64,000 nucleotides of DNA from an uncultured Rhizobiaceae group bacterium (GCA_938044775.1 CALIOE010000039.1:1200-65199), one strand, 5' to 3'. Numbered from the stretch's first letter, positions 26,716 through 36,732 are shown. Program-made: numbers and translations. Notes: generated by a model from the letters alone, not told the origin.

Positions 26716-26807
26716 TTTTCCCATTCGTAGAACTATTGGATTGCCGAAGTAGATTTTCCAAGCTCGACCAGTCGTTTCAAATTTTTATCACTGTGTTTGC
26801 CGGTTGG

Positions 26808-27254
26808 TCAGACAATTTTTCGAGCCAAAAGAATACCAATTGCCATGAACAGGATACCTGCTGATTTTTGAAGGGTGATTTTGCTTTGCATCGCGCCAAA
26901 GAGTCCAAAGTGATCGATAATGCTGGTGGAAACAATCTGACCCAGCAAGACAAGAAAAATTGCATTGCCCAATCCGATTTTTGGAGCGATTGCCGTTACC
27001 GAAAGCACATAAAAAACAACAAGGAATCCACCGGTAAAGGAAATGGGCGGCGGCATCGCAGAGGGCAGATTGGGCATGCCTTGCGTGAGAAACATATAAC
27101 CCGCAGAGACCCCTAAGCCGACGACCATAAGTATTACGGTTGCAAACACAGGGTTTGTCAGTCTTGCGCCAAGACCGGCATTGATTGCTGCCATGATCGG
27201 AATGCCAACTCCGGCGCCAAATACGATGGCGCCAAGCAGGGTCGCTTTTAACAT
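26808..27254 (-). CDS. DMT-superfamily small membrane protein (DUF606 / YdcZ-like)
   Basis: 148-aa ORF with about 5 TM helices and an N-terminus MLKATLLGAIVFGAGVGIPIMAAINAGLG typical of DUF606. Confidence 0.7.
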   Translation of the reverse strand: MLKATLLGAIVFGAGVGIPIMAAINAGLGARLTNPVFATVILMVVGLGVSAGYMFLTQGMPNLPSAMPPPISFTGGFLVVFYVLSVTAIAPKIGLGNAIFLVLLGQIVSTSIIDHFGLFGAMQSKITLQKSAGILFMAIGILLARKIV

Positions 27255-27410
27255 TTGTCATTCCTAACGTTTGTTCAGGAGCCGAAAAGTTGAATATCTG
27301 CTGCATCAAATCAGGAATATTGCTGATTTTTCAGCCGAGTTTGCAGGCCATCCTGGTGCTGCTGCGAGGACCCAAAAGCCTGAGATCGCTGCTGTAGCTG
27401 TGGTTTTTCG

Positions 27411-27851
27411 TCAATCGCCGGGTTTTTGTTTTTGCATCAGCTCAATCCGATAGCCGTCAGGGTCCGCAATGTGCGCCAGAGTGTAATGGCGGCCCGTTTC
27501 CCGTGCGACCATAGACAATCTGCCGGCTGGGCGGAGGATGGTCACATCGTGTTTCTTCAGTTGCTGTTCCAGAGCGAACACATCATCGACGGCTAATGAG
27601 ATATTCCCAAATGCCGTTCCATGCTCATAACCATCATTCTCCCAATTGTGAGTAAGCTCCAACATCGCGCCGCCTTCCTTCTTGCCGTAGCCGAGGAACA
27701 CCACGGTGAACTTAGCATCGGGAAAGGTCTCTCGTTCAAACTCCACCATACCAAGAAGGTCACGGTAGAACGCCACCGAACGTTCCAGATCTCTGACGCG
27801 AAACATGGTGTAGAGAATTTTGTTTGGTGCGATTTCGTTCGATATGGCCAT
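27411..27851 (-). CDS. gloA: Lactoylglutathione lyase (glyoxalase I), VOC family
   Basis: The ATG at 27851 has a GGAGAC SD. ILYTMFRVRDLERSVAFYRDLLGM...MLELTHNWENDGYEHGTAFGNISLAVDDV...PDGYRIELM is typical of GloA. Confidence 0.8.
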   Translation of the reverse strand: MAISNEIAPNKILYTMFRVRDLERSVAFYRDLLGMVEFERETFPDAKFTVVFLGYGKKEGGAMLELTHNWENDGYEHGTAFGNISLAVDDVFALEQQLKKHDVTILRPAGRLSMVARETGRHYTLAHIADPDGYRIELMQKQKPGD

Positions 27852-27901
27852 TTTTTGTCTCCAATGTGCCTCGCGAACAGAAGTCCACGAGGCGAAAGCC
27901 A

Positions 27902-28468
27902 CTATGCAACTGCCTCTGGAAAGGCTTGCCAGGCGTTGTGTTGAAATGCCGAGTCAACCGGCGTTTGCACAACATGGTTGGTGTAGTTAGAGAGCGTCTT
28001 CAAACCGGCACCAAGAATGACATCCAGGACATTTCCCTTGGTGTATCCAGCGTCAAAAAATGCCTGCAAATCAGCTTCTGTCACGTTGCCGCGTGTTGCA
28101 TGAATGCGCGCCGTAAATGTTTGCAATGCCTGTAATTTAGAATCCCTGATTGCAATGCCGTAGCGAAGCGCTTCAACAACATCTGCCGGAACTTTCTGCA
28201 TTTGTGAAACGGTTGTGTGAGCCGCCATGCAATAGGTGCACTCGTTCAACCTGCTCGTTGTCATCAAAACAATCTGACGTTCAGTAGCGTTCAGGTCTGT
28301 CTTTTCAAAAATTCCCGAAAGAACGCCGTAAGCCTCGACCATCGCAGGGGATTCGGCAAATGTTGCGGTGAGGTTCGGTAGAAAACCAAAGGCTTTCACA
28401 GCACCTTGCACAAAGGGTTTGCTCGCTTCCGGAGCTGTTTCTTCTGTGTGAATTGTAAACTTGGTCAT
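27902..28468 (-). CDS. Carboxymuconolactone decarboxylase (AhpD-like) family protein
   Basis: 188-aa ORF with the AhpD-type C-x-x-C segment (RLNECTYCMAAH). Confidence 0.8.
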   Translation of the reverse strand: MTKFTIHTEETAPEASKPFVQGAVKAFGFLPNLTATFAESPAMVEAYGVLSGIFEKTDLNATERQIVLMTTSRLNECTYCMAAHTTVSQMQKVPADVVEALRYGIAIRDSKLQALQTFTARIHATRGNVTEADLQAFFDAGYTKGNVLDVILGAGLKTLSNYTNHVVQTPVDSAFQHNAWQAFPEAVA

Positions 28469-28564
28469 CGTATTTCCTTTGAAATCAGGCCGAAGAATAT
28501 CGTTCGCCTACTGCGTGCTGCAGTTGTCCGATCGTCTCGAAAATGGCCGGGGGTTGAGCGTGGC

Positions 28565-28981
28565 TCAGTTGTTGGAATGAGAGTTGTAGACTTTACCGCT
28601 GATCTTCCATTCTCCGTCTTTCTTGAAGAGAATGAAGTAGTCGGTAAATCGGAAGCCGCTCCAGTTGAGAAATTCAACCTTTGCAGCGGCTGCGGGCCCG
28701 GAAAGATCAATCCAGGCGATGTGGCTTTGGATGTCCGGTGACGCGCCGAGTGAGGTTACTGCGCCGGCAAACGCATCTGCATCGGGGTTGGAATATTCGC
28801 CTCCGACTGTGCCGGTAACATGAGCATGGTCAAAAAATGCGGGTCGACCGATGCTGCCGTCTCCGGCTTTTGCGCCGTCAATATAGAATTGCAACGCATT
28901 CTCGACGGCTTTGTATTCCGCGAAGCTGTCAACTTCGTCTGACTTCGTAATCGATGTTCGGGTAGACATGACTTTCTCCAA
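28565..28981 (-). CDS. NTF2-like (SnoaL / lumazine-binding-like) small protein
   Basis: 138-aa ORF with an alpha+beta cone pattern (ALQFYIDGAKAGDGS...AAKVEFLNWSGFRFTDYFILFKKDGEWKISGKVY). A GGAGAA SD precedes the start. Confidence 0.65.
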   Translation of the reverse strand: MEKVMSTRTSITKSDEVDSFAEYKAVENALQFYIDGAKAGDGSIGRPAFFDHAHVTGTVGGEYSNPDADAFAGAVTSLGASPDIQSHIAWIDLSGPAAAAKVEFLNWSGFRFTDYFILFKKDGEWKISGKVYNSHSNN

Positions 28982-29002
28982 GTACGGTTTCGTCTTGGAG
29001 AT

Positions 29003-29031
29003 AAACTAACCTACATGTATGTAGGTTACAA
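29003..29031 (-). promoter_or_regulatory. Putative promoter with a 10-2-10 palindromic (TetR-type) operator upstream of the NTF2-like gene
   Basis: The minus strand reads TTGTAA-N17-TAGTTT. The spacer holds the palindrome TAACCTACAT-GT-ATGTAGGTTA (29007..29028), between the TetR stop (29046) and the NTF2-like start (28981). Confidence 0.5.
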
Positions 29032-29045
29032 GTATGCGGATTTAG

Positions 29046-29579
29046 CTATCCGTTCACGAATGCGTCAACAGAACGTCCAACAATCGTCGCGTCTCCTTCG
29101 AGTCGCGCCAACAGCAATGAGCCTTCCAGGGCACACACAAACTGAAGCGCTCCTTGTTGCGGGTCTGGATGGCGCATTTCAGCAAGTTGCTTTGTCAGCC
29201 AGCCTTGCAAATCTCGAAAATAGAGAGCCAATGCCTGGCGTACTTCAGGACTCACGGCCTCAAACTCCGCCGCCATCATGCCGCACATGCATACTTTTTG
29301 ATTGAGAGCATAGCCGTTGAAATGATCGGCCAGGGCCTCAAGGCGTTCTTTGGGGGTTTCCAGCGTTCGATCAAGTTCTTCAAACGCCTCTTTGTGGACC
29401 GAGCGATACCTCTCAACGAGTGCGAGCGCGAGATCGGCCTTGGCTTTAAAGTGATAGTGAATGCTGGAATTCTTGACGCCAATCTCTTCCGCCAGATCCA
29501 GATAGCTAAACCCGTTAAACCCCACCTTTTGCGTCAGGTCTTCAGCAAGGTCCAGAATTCGGGTTCGTGTGTCACTCAT
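29046..29579 (-). CDS. TetR/AcrR family transcriptional regulator
   Basis: The start MSDTRTRILDLAEDLTQKVGFNGFSYLDLAEEIGVKNSSIHYHFKAKADL (HTH) has a GGAGAA SD. The longer ORF to 29663 would overlap the SDR gene. Confidence 0.85.
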   Translation of the reverse strand: MSDTRTRILDLAEDLTQKVGFNGFSYLDLAEEIGVKNSSIHYHFKAKADLALALVERYRSVHKEAFEELDRTLETPKERLEALADHFNGYALNQKVCMCGMMAAEFEAVSPEVRQALALYFRDLQGWLTKQLAEMRHPDPQQGALQFVCALEGSLLLARLEGDATIVGRSVDAFVNG

Positions 29580-29644
29580 ATTGGTATTCTCCAATGGTGG
29601 AATAATCATCGTTCGGGTCGTGAAGCGTTTGTTTGATGGTTGGA

Positions 29645-30361
29645 CTAAAATGGTTCGCACCACGGCCTGATATCTAATTCTTGCGTCCAGGTGGATCGGG
29701 GTTGCTTGTACAGCTGAAGATAAACTTCCGCCAAATCTCTGGCATATATAAGTTTTTCTGTGTCCGAATTCGGGTGTTTCGGCCCGTTGATGGCGCCGTC
29801 AATAACGATGTGAGCGACATGAATGCCTTGCGGTCCCAATTCCCGAGCCATGCTTTGGGCGATCGACCGAAGGGCAAATTTTGGAGCGGAAAATCCGTAG
29901 GATTTTGCGTTGCCGCGCAGGGAAGCGGTCGCGCCCGAAAAGAGGATGGTGCCAGCGTTTCGCGTCACCATTCGTTTTGCCACGGCTTGGCCGAACACAA
30001 AGCCGCCATAGGCGCCAACACGCCAGGCGCGCTCAAATTCATGGGGCGGAAAATCCAGAATAGAGCCCTTTAGAAACGCTCCCGCGTTGAAGACGGCGCA
30101 CTTAATAGGCCCCAATGTACTGTCGACGTGCTGCACTGCGCCATCAATTGAGGTGGGGTCTGTTACATCTGCCGGCACAGGAAACAGAGCTCCTTCATGC
30201 CTGCGGGCGATCTGTTCAAGCTTTTCAGGAGTTCGAGAAACGATCCCGACTTTCAAGCCTTCCTGGGCAAGCTTTATGGCGGTTTCCTCCCCAAGGCCTT
30301 CTCCAAAGCCCGCGATAATAGCAGCACCCCGCGTCTTTCTTTCAGCAGATCTGTGATCCAT
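29645..30361 (-). CDS. SDR family oxidoreductase
   Basis: Segments AAIIAGFGEGLGEETAIKLAQEG (TGxxxGxG-like), NAG, and the S...Y..PK catalytic region (SGATASLRGNAKSYGFSAPKFALRS). A GTG at 30403 is an alternative start. Confidence 0.85.
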   Translation of the reverse strand: MDHRSAERKTRGAAIIAGFGEGLGEETAIKLAQEGLKVGIVSRTPEKLEQIARRHEGALFPVPADVTDPTSIDGAVQHVDSTLGPIKCAVFNAGAFLKGSILDFPPHEFERAWRVGAYGGFVFGQAVAKRMVTRNAGTILFSGATASLRGNAKSYGFSAPKFALRSIAQSMARELGPQGIHVAHIVIDGAINGPKHPNSDTEKLIYARDLAEVYLQLYKQPRSTWTQELDIRPWCEPF

Positions 30362-30686
30362 CGATTTGACCCAATCAGTTTCAAATTTTGTGTGCCGCAG
30401 CACGGTGGACCTTAGGGCGAATCGATATCAAATTCAACAAACCTACCTACATACCGATCAGTAAGGTGAGGCGGGCGACATTTCCTCGCGGAATATTGTG
30501 GGGGGAGGGGAGCTGGTTCTTGAGATTAGGTCCAGATAGGCAGCCTGGTCCTTCACATATCCGCTTCAATGCACAATCCTGCGGTCATCGTCGCTGATTG
30601 GTGGCAAGATTCAGCAGATCATGCGAAATAATGTGCAGATCGTTCAGCGTACTGTTCAATCGCGTTTTTGTGTGCGACAGAGGAGC

Positions 30687-31640
30687 ATGCTTGATCTTCT
30701 CAGTGACATTCTCACGAAAATTTCGGTTCAGGGCACGCTCTATTTCCGAACGTCTTTTACGATGCCCTGGGGCGTCGCTGTTCCCAGTTTTGAAAATGTG
30801 GCTCGCTTTCATTTCGCTCATCGCGGCAACTGCGTTGTGGCGGTCGATGGCGCTGACCAACCGATTACGGTGGCTCAGGGCGATCTCATCATTATACCGC
30901 ATGGGGCCGCTCACAGCCTCTATTGTGGGAAAGACCCTGAAAAACACACTCTGCCCCTCGATACAGTGCTGGAGAAGTCCGGGTACGACGGAACAGGTGT
31001 GCTGGTTTACGGGGGTGATGAAGACGACAATGAGACGCAGCTCATTTGCGGACACTTTTCATTTGAAAGACATGCGCGTCACATATTGATCGATCGTTTG
31101 CCACCTCTCATTCACATCAAAAACTATGGAGAGGTCGCCGGTCGTTGGATGGAGGCAACCCTTCGGGTGATCGGCGATGAAGCTGGCGGGCATAAACTGG
31201 GTGGCGATCTCATTGCCCTGAAAATGTCGGAAGCAATTCTGACACAAGCCGTTCGCGCATTCATCGAAAGCGATGAATCTGCACAATGGGGGCTCAATGG
31301 GTTCTCGGATGTTCATTTGTGCAAAGCACTTGATGCCTTTCACAAGAAGCCGAGCGCTTCGTGGACAGTCGAAGCGATGGCCCGGGAAGCCGGTATGTCG
31401 CGAACAAATTTTGCGGTTCAGTTCCAAAGAAAAATGGAAATGTCACCCATGCAATATGTGTCGGCCTGGCGCATGGAGATCGCTAAACGTTGTCTGGCCG
31501 ATCCATCTAACAGTCTGACAGACACTGCTGAAAGCGCGGGATATGCTTCAGATTCCGCCTTTGCCCGGGTTTTCAAGAAAGAGATTGGAATGACTCCCGC
31601 CAGCTTTCGCAAGCAAGCGCAGGCGCTGTCCGTTCATTAG
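30687..31640 (+). CDS. AraC family transcriptional regulator with an N-terminal cupin-type sensor domain
   Basis: N-terminal segment MLDLLSDILTKISVQGTLYFRTSF...GDLIIIPHGAAHSL. C-terminal dual HTH (WTVEAMAREAGMSRTNFAVQFQRKMEMSPMQYVSAWRM...YASDSAFARVFKKEIGMTPASFR). Confidence 0.85.
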   Translation: MLDLLSDILTKISVQGTLYFRTSFTMPWGVAVPSFENVARFHFAHRGNCVVAVDGADQPITVAQGDLIIIPHGAAHSLYCGKDPEKHTLPLDTVLEKSGYDGTGVLVYGGDEDDNETQLICGHFSFERHARHILIDRLPPLIHIKNYGEVAGRWMEATLRVIGDEAGGHKLGGDLIALKMSEAILTQAVRAFIESDESAQWGLNGFSDVHLCKALDAFHKKPSASWTVEAMAREAGMSRTNFAVQFQRKMEMSPMQYVSAWRMEIAKRCLADPSNSLTDTAESAGYASDSAFARVFKKEIGMTPASFRKQAQALSVH

Positions 31641-31755
31641 TCTGAACGATCTGCACATTTTTACGAACTTTCGAGCATAGAGTGAACGGGTCTGCGTTCC
31701 TAGTGTTTGTCTATTGATGTCGAGACCGACATCTCCATGCTGGAAAGGAAATCCA

Positions 31756-32124
31756 ATGCTCACCCGCTTCATAACTAAAGAAATTCACGCCTATCTGGAT
31801 TATCCGGTGGCTCTGTCTTTGATGGCTATGCCTTTTGTTCTTGGTCTCGGTGCTGTGAACCCACTGGCCTTTTGGCTTTCAGTGGCTACCGGTGTCGCAG
31901 CTCTTGGCCTCACCATTTTGACTGACCACCATCTCGGGGTTTTCAGAATTCTGCCCTACAGTTTCCACCTGGCCGTTGATGGTATGGTGGGAGTAGTATT
32001 CGCAGCCGCGCCTTTGGTGCTCGGGTTCACTGGTATCGAGTTCTGGTACTACATGGTCCTGGGCCTGACAGTGTTGGCCGTCGTCTCACTGCACAAAGCC
32101 GAGCCAAATGTTGCCGCGGCTTAA
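31756..32124 (+). CDS. Hypothetical 4-TM membrane protein
   Basis: The MLTRF start has an AGGAAA SD. It has four hydrophobic helices and is followed by a strong terminator. No family recognised. Confidence 0.5.
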   Translation: MLTRFITKEIHAYLDYPVALSLMAMPFVLGLGAVNPLAFWLSVATGVAALGLTILTDHHLGVFRILPYSFHLAVDGMVGVVFAAAPLVLGFTGIEFWYYMVLGLTVLAVVSLHKAEPNVAAA

Positions 32125-32142
32125 GCCGCAATAAGCTTTTCT

Positions 32143-32176
32143 AAGGGGTGCACAATCTGTGCACCCCTTTGTTTTT
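32143..32176 (+). terminator. Rho-independent terminator
   Basis: Perfect 12-bp stem AAGGGGTGCACA / TGTGCACCCCTT with a 3-nt loop, followed by TTTGTTTTT. Confidence 0.8.
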
Positions 32177-32488
32177 CCCGGCTTTGCGACTGTTTGAGAG
32201 TAAAGCTGGTTGTCGTTATTGACGCGCTTTGCGGAGAGTCCCGGCACTTATGATGCAAACAAGTGTTTCCAGTTGTTTGAGCCTCAATCTGCTTTGTACC
32301 ATTCTTCGTCAACCGACAAAAAACATGATGTGCCTCCAAATTCATCGGCTGGATTTCGGCTCCATCCAAATCTGAACATGCCTTCGTTTTTCAGGAATGC
32401 ATGCCGTACGAAGCCACAATTTCTTTCACCGATTTTTCGACTACGCAGTGTGCGACGGCAATCAAAACAGCAGTCTTATGCCTCCTCT

Positions 32489-32514
32489 GGGCATTGTCAG
32501 AAGAAACCAATTTC
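32489..32514 (+). repeat. Solo IS6-family terminal inverted repeat
   Basis: GGGCATTGTCAGAAGAAACCAATTT matches 34700.. at about 24 of 26 positions. Its core TGTCAGAAGAAAC is identical to the right IR of the IS copy ending at 39053. Homology ends just before the EamA stop codon. Confidence 0.5.
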
Positions 32515-32525
32515 TCTGGCAGGCT

Positions 32526-33443
32526 TTACGTCCTGCCAATCGGCGGAGGCTTTCGTTGTCTGCCGGTCAATGCATTGCCTGTGATCGTTGCCAAGAGCAG
32601 TGCGCCGCCGATGAGGGTTCTGAACGAAGCATCTTCTCCCAAAAACAGCCAGACCCAGAAAGGTCCGAGCACGACTTCGGCAAGGGAAAGCAATGTCAGT
32701 TCCGCGGCTGGAAGGGTGCGTGAGCCCCAGGTGTATAAGATCAATCCCGCGCCCACCTGAAAGACTCCCATGCCCATGGAAATACCACTGTCACGGAGGG
32801 ACAGGACGAAAGACAAGCCCAAAAACAGGCATATGGCAGATGTGATAATGATGGCAAAAACTCCGGACAGAAACACCGCAGGAAGCATTTCGCCAGACTT
32901 GCCCCAGCGCAACGCGACAGTGAACACCGAAAACCCAAAGGCGGAGCCAAGCGCTGAAAAATTGCCGTCTACCGCGCCAGCGGAAGTTTGCCCGGAGACC
33001 ATAATCGCGACCGCAACCATCGCCACAACGATGGCGATCCACGTCGCCGGGCGGACCTGCTCTTGTAGGACAAACCTGCCCAGAATGGCGGTCATGAAGG
33101 GCGCCGTTGCAAAAAGCAAAAGTGCGTTTGCGACCGGGATAACCTGGATTGAATAAATCCCGCCTGCATAGGCGGCGACCAGGGCCAGTCCGGCAATTGC
33201 GGCGGGCAGGCCGGAGCGCCGGGCCTGGGTAAATGGACTTTCACCGTTACGCAGACGGAGCACGACATAAAGAAACAGGCTAAGCGCAACGGAGCGGTAA
33301 AGGAGAATTTGCCACACGCCGGCCTCTTCAATCAGCCTGATGCCGAGACCCACAGTCGACCACAGCACTCCCGCAGAAAACACAAACACCAATCCAATGC
33401 GATGGCTGATCTCGAAGTTCGGGTTGTATGCGATGCTGGACAT
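32526..33443 (-). CDS. EamA/DMT family transporter
   Basis: 305-aa polytopic ORF with two EamA-like halves. Confidence 0.8.
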   Translation of the reverse strand: MSSIAYNPNFEISHRIGLVFVFSAGVLWSTVGLGIRLIEEAGVWQILLYRSVALSLFLYVVLRLRNGESPFTQARRSGLPAAIAGLALVAAYAGGIYSIQVIPVANALLLFATAPFMTAILGRFVLQEQVRPATWIAIVVAMVAVAIMVSGQTSAGAVDGNFSALGSAFGFSVFTVALRWGKSGEMLPAVFLSGVFAIIITSAICLFLGLSFVLSLRDSGISMGMGVFQVGAGLILYTWGSRTLPAAELTLLSLAEVVLGPFWVWLFLGEDASFRTLIGGALLLATITGNALTGRQRKPPPIGRT

Positions 33444-33698
33444 GGCGTGGCCGTGGTGAAGATTGCACTGTGTGACTACCAGATGAATGATCGCCTGTGC
33501 CCGACGTTCGCGACTGACAATGTCGGGAAATTGCCCTCAGTATCGGCCGTCTGCAGAACTTGGCAGATGGCGGCGATGCGGAGTTTCGCTGCATCTGCGC
33601 CGACGGCCGCTTCCGAGCAATGTCAACAATATGGTACTGCGGGTCTTCACTGTAGTTTTTTGGTCACCGATCGAAATGCGCTCTTTCGGCGCACGTCG

Positions 33699-34532
33699 CT
33701 ACACTGCAACTGCGATGGTCACCACAGCGGGAATTGGCACCTGCCAGTTGGGTCCTCGCCCGTGTTTTTCCAATACCTTGGCGACCACAGCCGCCCGGAT
33801 CGCCGTTGCACATTCCGATGGCTGCGGGCGCAGCAGCGCGCCCCCTCGCGCCGTACCATCACGAAAGTAATCGTAAGGCGCGCCGGGGTCACTCACCTGC
33901 CACTTCGAAGCAACTGTTGATTGGCTGCAGTCGGCGAATCCGGCTTCTTTCAGTGCCGGGAAAGCTAATGCGGGATCGGCATAGTCATTTGCACCGGGGC
34001 CCGCCGGCAAGGCAATATCGGCGGCTCCGTGCTGAGCGATAGCGCCAAAGACATATCCAAGGGCGGTATCTACCTCAGGCCCACACCAGACCGAGAACGC
34101 CAGCCGCCCGCCGGGACGCAGAACGCGGCGCGCCTCGGACATAACTTTTGGAGGTTCGGGTACGTGCGGCATCCCGAAACCTATCGTCACGGCATCAAAA
34201 GACCCTTCCTCAAAATCCAGGGCCATCGCATCGCCTTCGACAAACTGAGCCTCCGGTACAGCGGCGCGTGCCATGTCCAGCATGGCAGGCGAGAAATCGA
34301 GGCCCGTTGCCTGCGCCCCTGCTCTGACCAGACCGGCAGTTACATTACCATGCCCGCAACACAGGTCGAGCACCTTGGTGCCGCTTCTGGCTCCGACCGC
34401 TTCTACCAGATGAGGCACCACCATATCAGCCGCTTCCGCAAAGACCCGAGCGTAGGATTGCGCTACACCCGCATCTGCCCACTCTCGCTTTTCCAATGCA
34501 GCAAAGGTGTCAGGTTCTTGTCTATCTGGCAT
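33699..34532 (-). CDS. Class I SAM-dependent methyltransferase
   Basis: SAM motif I VLDLCCGHGNVT, post-I GLDFSPAML, and LRPGGRLAFSVW. Confidence 0.85.
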   Translation of the reverse strand: MPDRQEPDTFAALEKREWADAGVAQSYARVFAEAADMVVPHLVEAVGARSGTKVLDLCCGHGNVTAGLVRAGAQATGLDFSPAMLDMARAAVPEAQFVEGDAMALDFEEGSFDAVTIGFGMPHVPEPPKVMSEARRVLRPGGRLAFSVWCGPEVDTALGYVFGAIAQHGAADIALPAGPGANDYADPALAFPALKEAGFADCSQSTVASKWQVSDPGAPYDYFRDGTARGGALLRPQPSECATAIRAAVVAKVLEKHGRGPNWQVPIPAVVTIAVAV

Positions 34533-34699
34533 GGCTTTCTCCCGTTACTTTCCCTTGGCAATTGGCAATTCGAGGTGTGGACATGTCAACACAAATGAAT
34601 TGCGGTCCTTCGTGCACAGCGGCAATACGGGGCACTTGCGCTCCAAACGACCCTTGAGCACTTAAAGATTCCAGACCAGAAGCTGCTAACGCTACCGGC

Positions 34700-35013
34700 G
34701 GCATTGTCAGAGGAAACCAGTTTGAGACGGGTAGGGCGGATTCATATTTTGACAGAACAAAAAAGCGCTCCTCCTTTCGATACTTCAAAACGATTCCGGA
34801 GATCATCCGTCCAGCTGTCATGTCTGGCTTCAGACCGACAAACAGTATGCAGAAATTCTCATCCGTCCATTCTTCAATCCACAATCACTTTAACCGGCAA
34901 CGTGGTCACTTAAGCCGCGGCAACTTCAAAGTGAGTTGCAACACCGCCTTGAACGAATGGTGACAGATCATTGCAGACCGGGATGATCACTTCCCGCAAC
35001 ATCAAAGCCTTCC
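34700..35013 (+). mobile_element. Internally deleted IS6-family relic (MITE-like, ~314 bp)
   Basis: The left ~130 bp align with 38238..~38358, covering the IR and the first transposase codons. The right ~180 bp align with ~38838..39025. About 480 bp of internal sequence are missing, and the right IR is degenerate. Confidence 0.75.
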
Positions 35014-35263
35014 CGCTACACATTCGCCTGAATGAATTCTGCCACTGGAGTTACCCCTGCTCAATTTCGAGATCACGAGACTGACATGCCATGCCCTGAA
35101 CTGTGGGCCTGGTGTCGATTTCGCCAAACCAAGTGGCGCAATACAATAGTTGCAGTTTGACCAATTGAAGTCTCAAACGATCGTCAAAAAGGGCTCAACG
35201 CGCACCGTGGCCTTGAATGAGAGCGCTCATCTTTGAATGTGGCCTAAGATCCCCGGCCGCCGT

Positions 35264-35467
35264 TCACGTGGTTGGCAAGTTTGGATTTCGAGTACCTGGA
35301 AGCAGACCTTCGCTGCTTAGCGACGAGTGCATCAAACAGCCGTAATGGGGGGATTGCCGCTCAATTATCCGCTCACAACTCCGACAGACCCGCCTGCCGT
35401 CCCTGGCCAATACGAGCTCATTTTCAGGAGTATCGTGATGGTCAATCCCACATCGTTCGCAACGCAT
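35264..35467 (-). CDS. Hypothetical small zinc-ribbon protein (weak call)
   Basis: 67-aa ORF with a CxxC...CxxC pattern (MRCERCGIDHH...RRVCRSCERI) and a GAGAGGG SD 4 nt upstream. The C-terminal half looks non-protein-like. Confidence 0.25.
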   Translation of the reverse strand: MRCERCGIDHHDTPENELVLARDGRRVCRSCERIIERQSPHYGCLMHSSLSSEGLLPGTRNPNLPTT

Positions 35468-35751
35468 GCCACCCTCTCAAATCTTGGATGTCGGAGTGTA
35501 AGGACTCTCGGCGTATCCTCCAAATTGTCCTGCTCCAATCTCCAGAATCGGGGGTCACAGAAGCTTGTGGTTCAATCGTCATGGGTTTCAGGCAAAATCG
35601 GCCCAAAGCCGGCCCCGGAACTTCGTCCCAAACCTTTGATCGAATTCCTGAAAACTGCCATTGCAACAATGGGTCGGCCAGAGCCAATAGTGAGGCTACA
35701 ACACAGCAATCACACACCCTTTTTCGATCATGAACCAATCAGAAGCGGTGT

Positions 35752-36156
35752 CTACAAAACGCCATAGACAAGGAAACCGCCGAAAGCCATTCCAAACAAC
35801 AACCACAACCTGATCATTCGTGCGGAAAACCGCTCAGACCACCAGACGACAAACCGTCGAAGTCGCTCTCGGCCCATAAATACCAGGACAATTGCAGCTA
35901 GAATGGCAATCACCCCCAGCGTTTGAAAAACGATTGGGAAGTGGGAGGTTGGCGCGACAACGATCAGGGCCGATCCCAAAACCAATCTTACAATAACGGC
36001 AATGTAAATTCCCCAGTGCTTGTCCATAGCCGACGCAACAAACGCCATCAGCTTTTCCGGCGCGAATACTCCCCAGGCCGCGAGCGCGATTACCGCGACC
36101 CCGATTGCCAGAACGATGATTTGGGATGCAAAGACAAACATTTTGGCATTCTCCAA
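35752..36156 (-). CDS. Hypothetical 4-TM membrane protein
   Basis: 134-aa ORF that is uniformly hydrophobic, with four helices. No family recognised. Confidence 0.55.
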   Translation of the reverse strand: MENAKMFVFASQIIVLAIGVAVIALAAWGVFAPEKLMAFVASAMDKHWGIYIAVIVRLVLGSALIVVAPTSHFPIVFQTLGVIAILAAIVLVFMGRERLRRFVVWWSERFSARMIRLWLLFGMAFGGFLVYGVL

Positions 36157-36694
36157 AATTTGCTCTTCCGCATTTGCTTGCGGCTGATGACTCGCTCATC
36201 ATCCGACCTCGACTGGCCGGACCCAACTGCACCAATAACACGGAGCAGCGGAGCATTCAGTACCTCACGCTCAATATACACCTGTTGCAATTCATTGATC
36301 GGATCAGCCCGGCAAAGGACCATGATCCTCAAGGTCTAAAACTCCAGTCGAAGTCAACAATTGCGAAGCACTGCCTTTGCTTTGATCTGACAGCGATCTG
36401 GCGCGGGATTGCAACAAGGGCTCGATCCAGTTCTTGGCAATTAACATCAGCAGGTCAAACCAGCTGTCATTCGCAGCCCTTACCGGTCATCTAAGCTGCC
36501 ACAGAAGTTTGCGCTTTGTTTCTCCAAGACGGCCATTCATTTGCATCGCTGAAACAGCAGCTCGGACGTCGGTTTTGCGGGCGAATCGGGTGTTCGCGAC
36601 TGGCGCTCGGGCGTCTGCTTCATCTCGGGTTGTTCGCCGGGTACTGAAGCAAGCAGCGCTCCAGGTCGCGGGCCTGATCATTTCATTCGCCATA

Positions 36695-36732
36695 TTAAAC
36701 CAGTTGACTAATTAACCTATCGGTTTAATAAT
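36695..36732 (+). promoter_or_regulatory. Possible ArsR-operon promoter and operator
   Basis: Inverted repeat TTAAACC-N20-GGTTTAA (36695..36728) encloses TTGACT (36704..36709). A TAATAA-like -10 follows at about 36726..36731, only ~8 nt before the ATG at 36739. Confidence 0.3.

Noticed and set aside
34522-34884. Two similar minus-strand ORFs beginning MWIEEWTDENF (34522..34884) and MWIEDWTDPNF (38687..38905), which could look like a repeated small gene
   Set aside because: Both are antisense read-outs of the homologous right-hand parts of the two IS6 copies. The similarity is explained by IS homology, not by a conserved protein.
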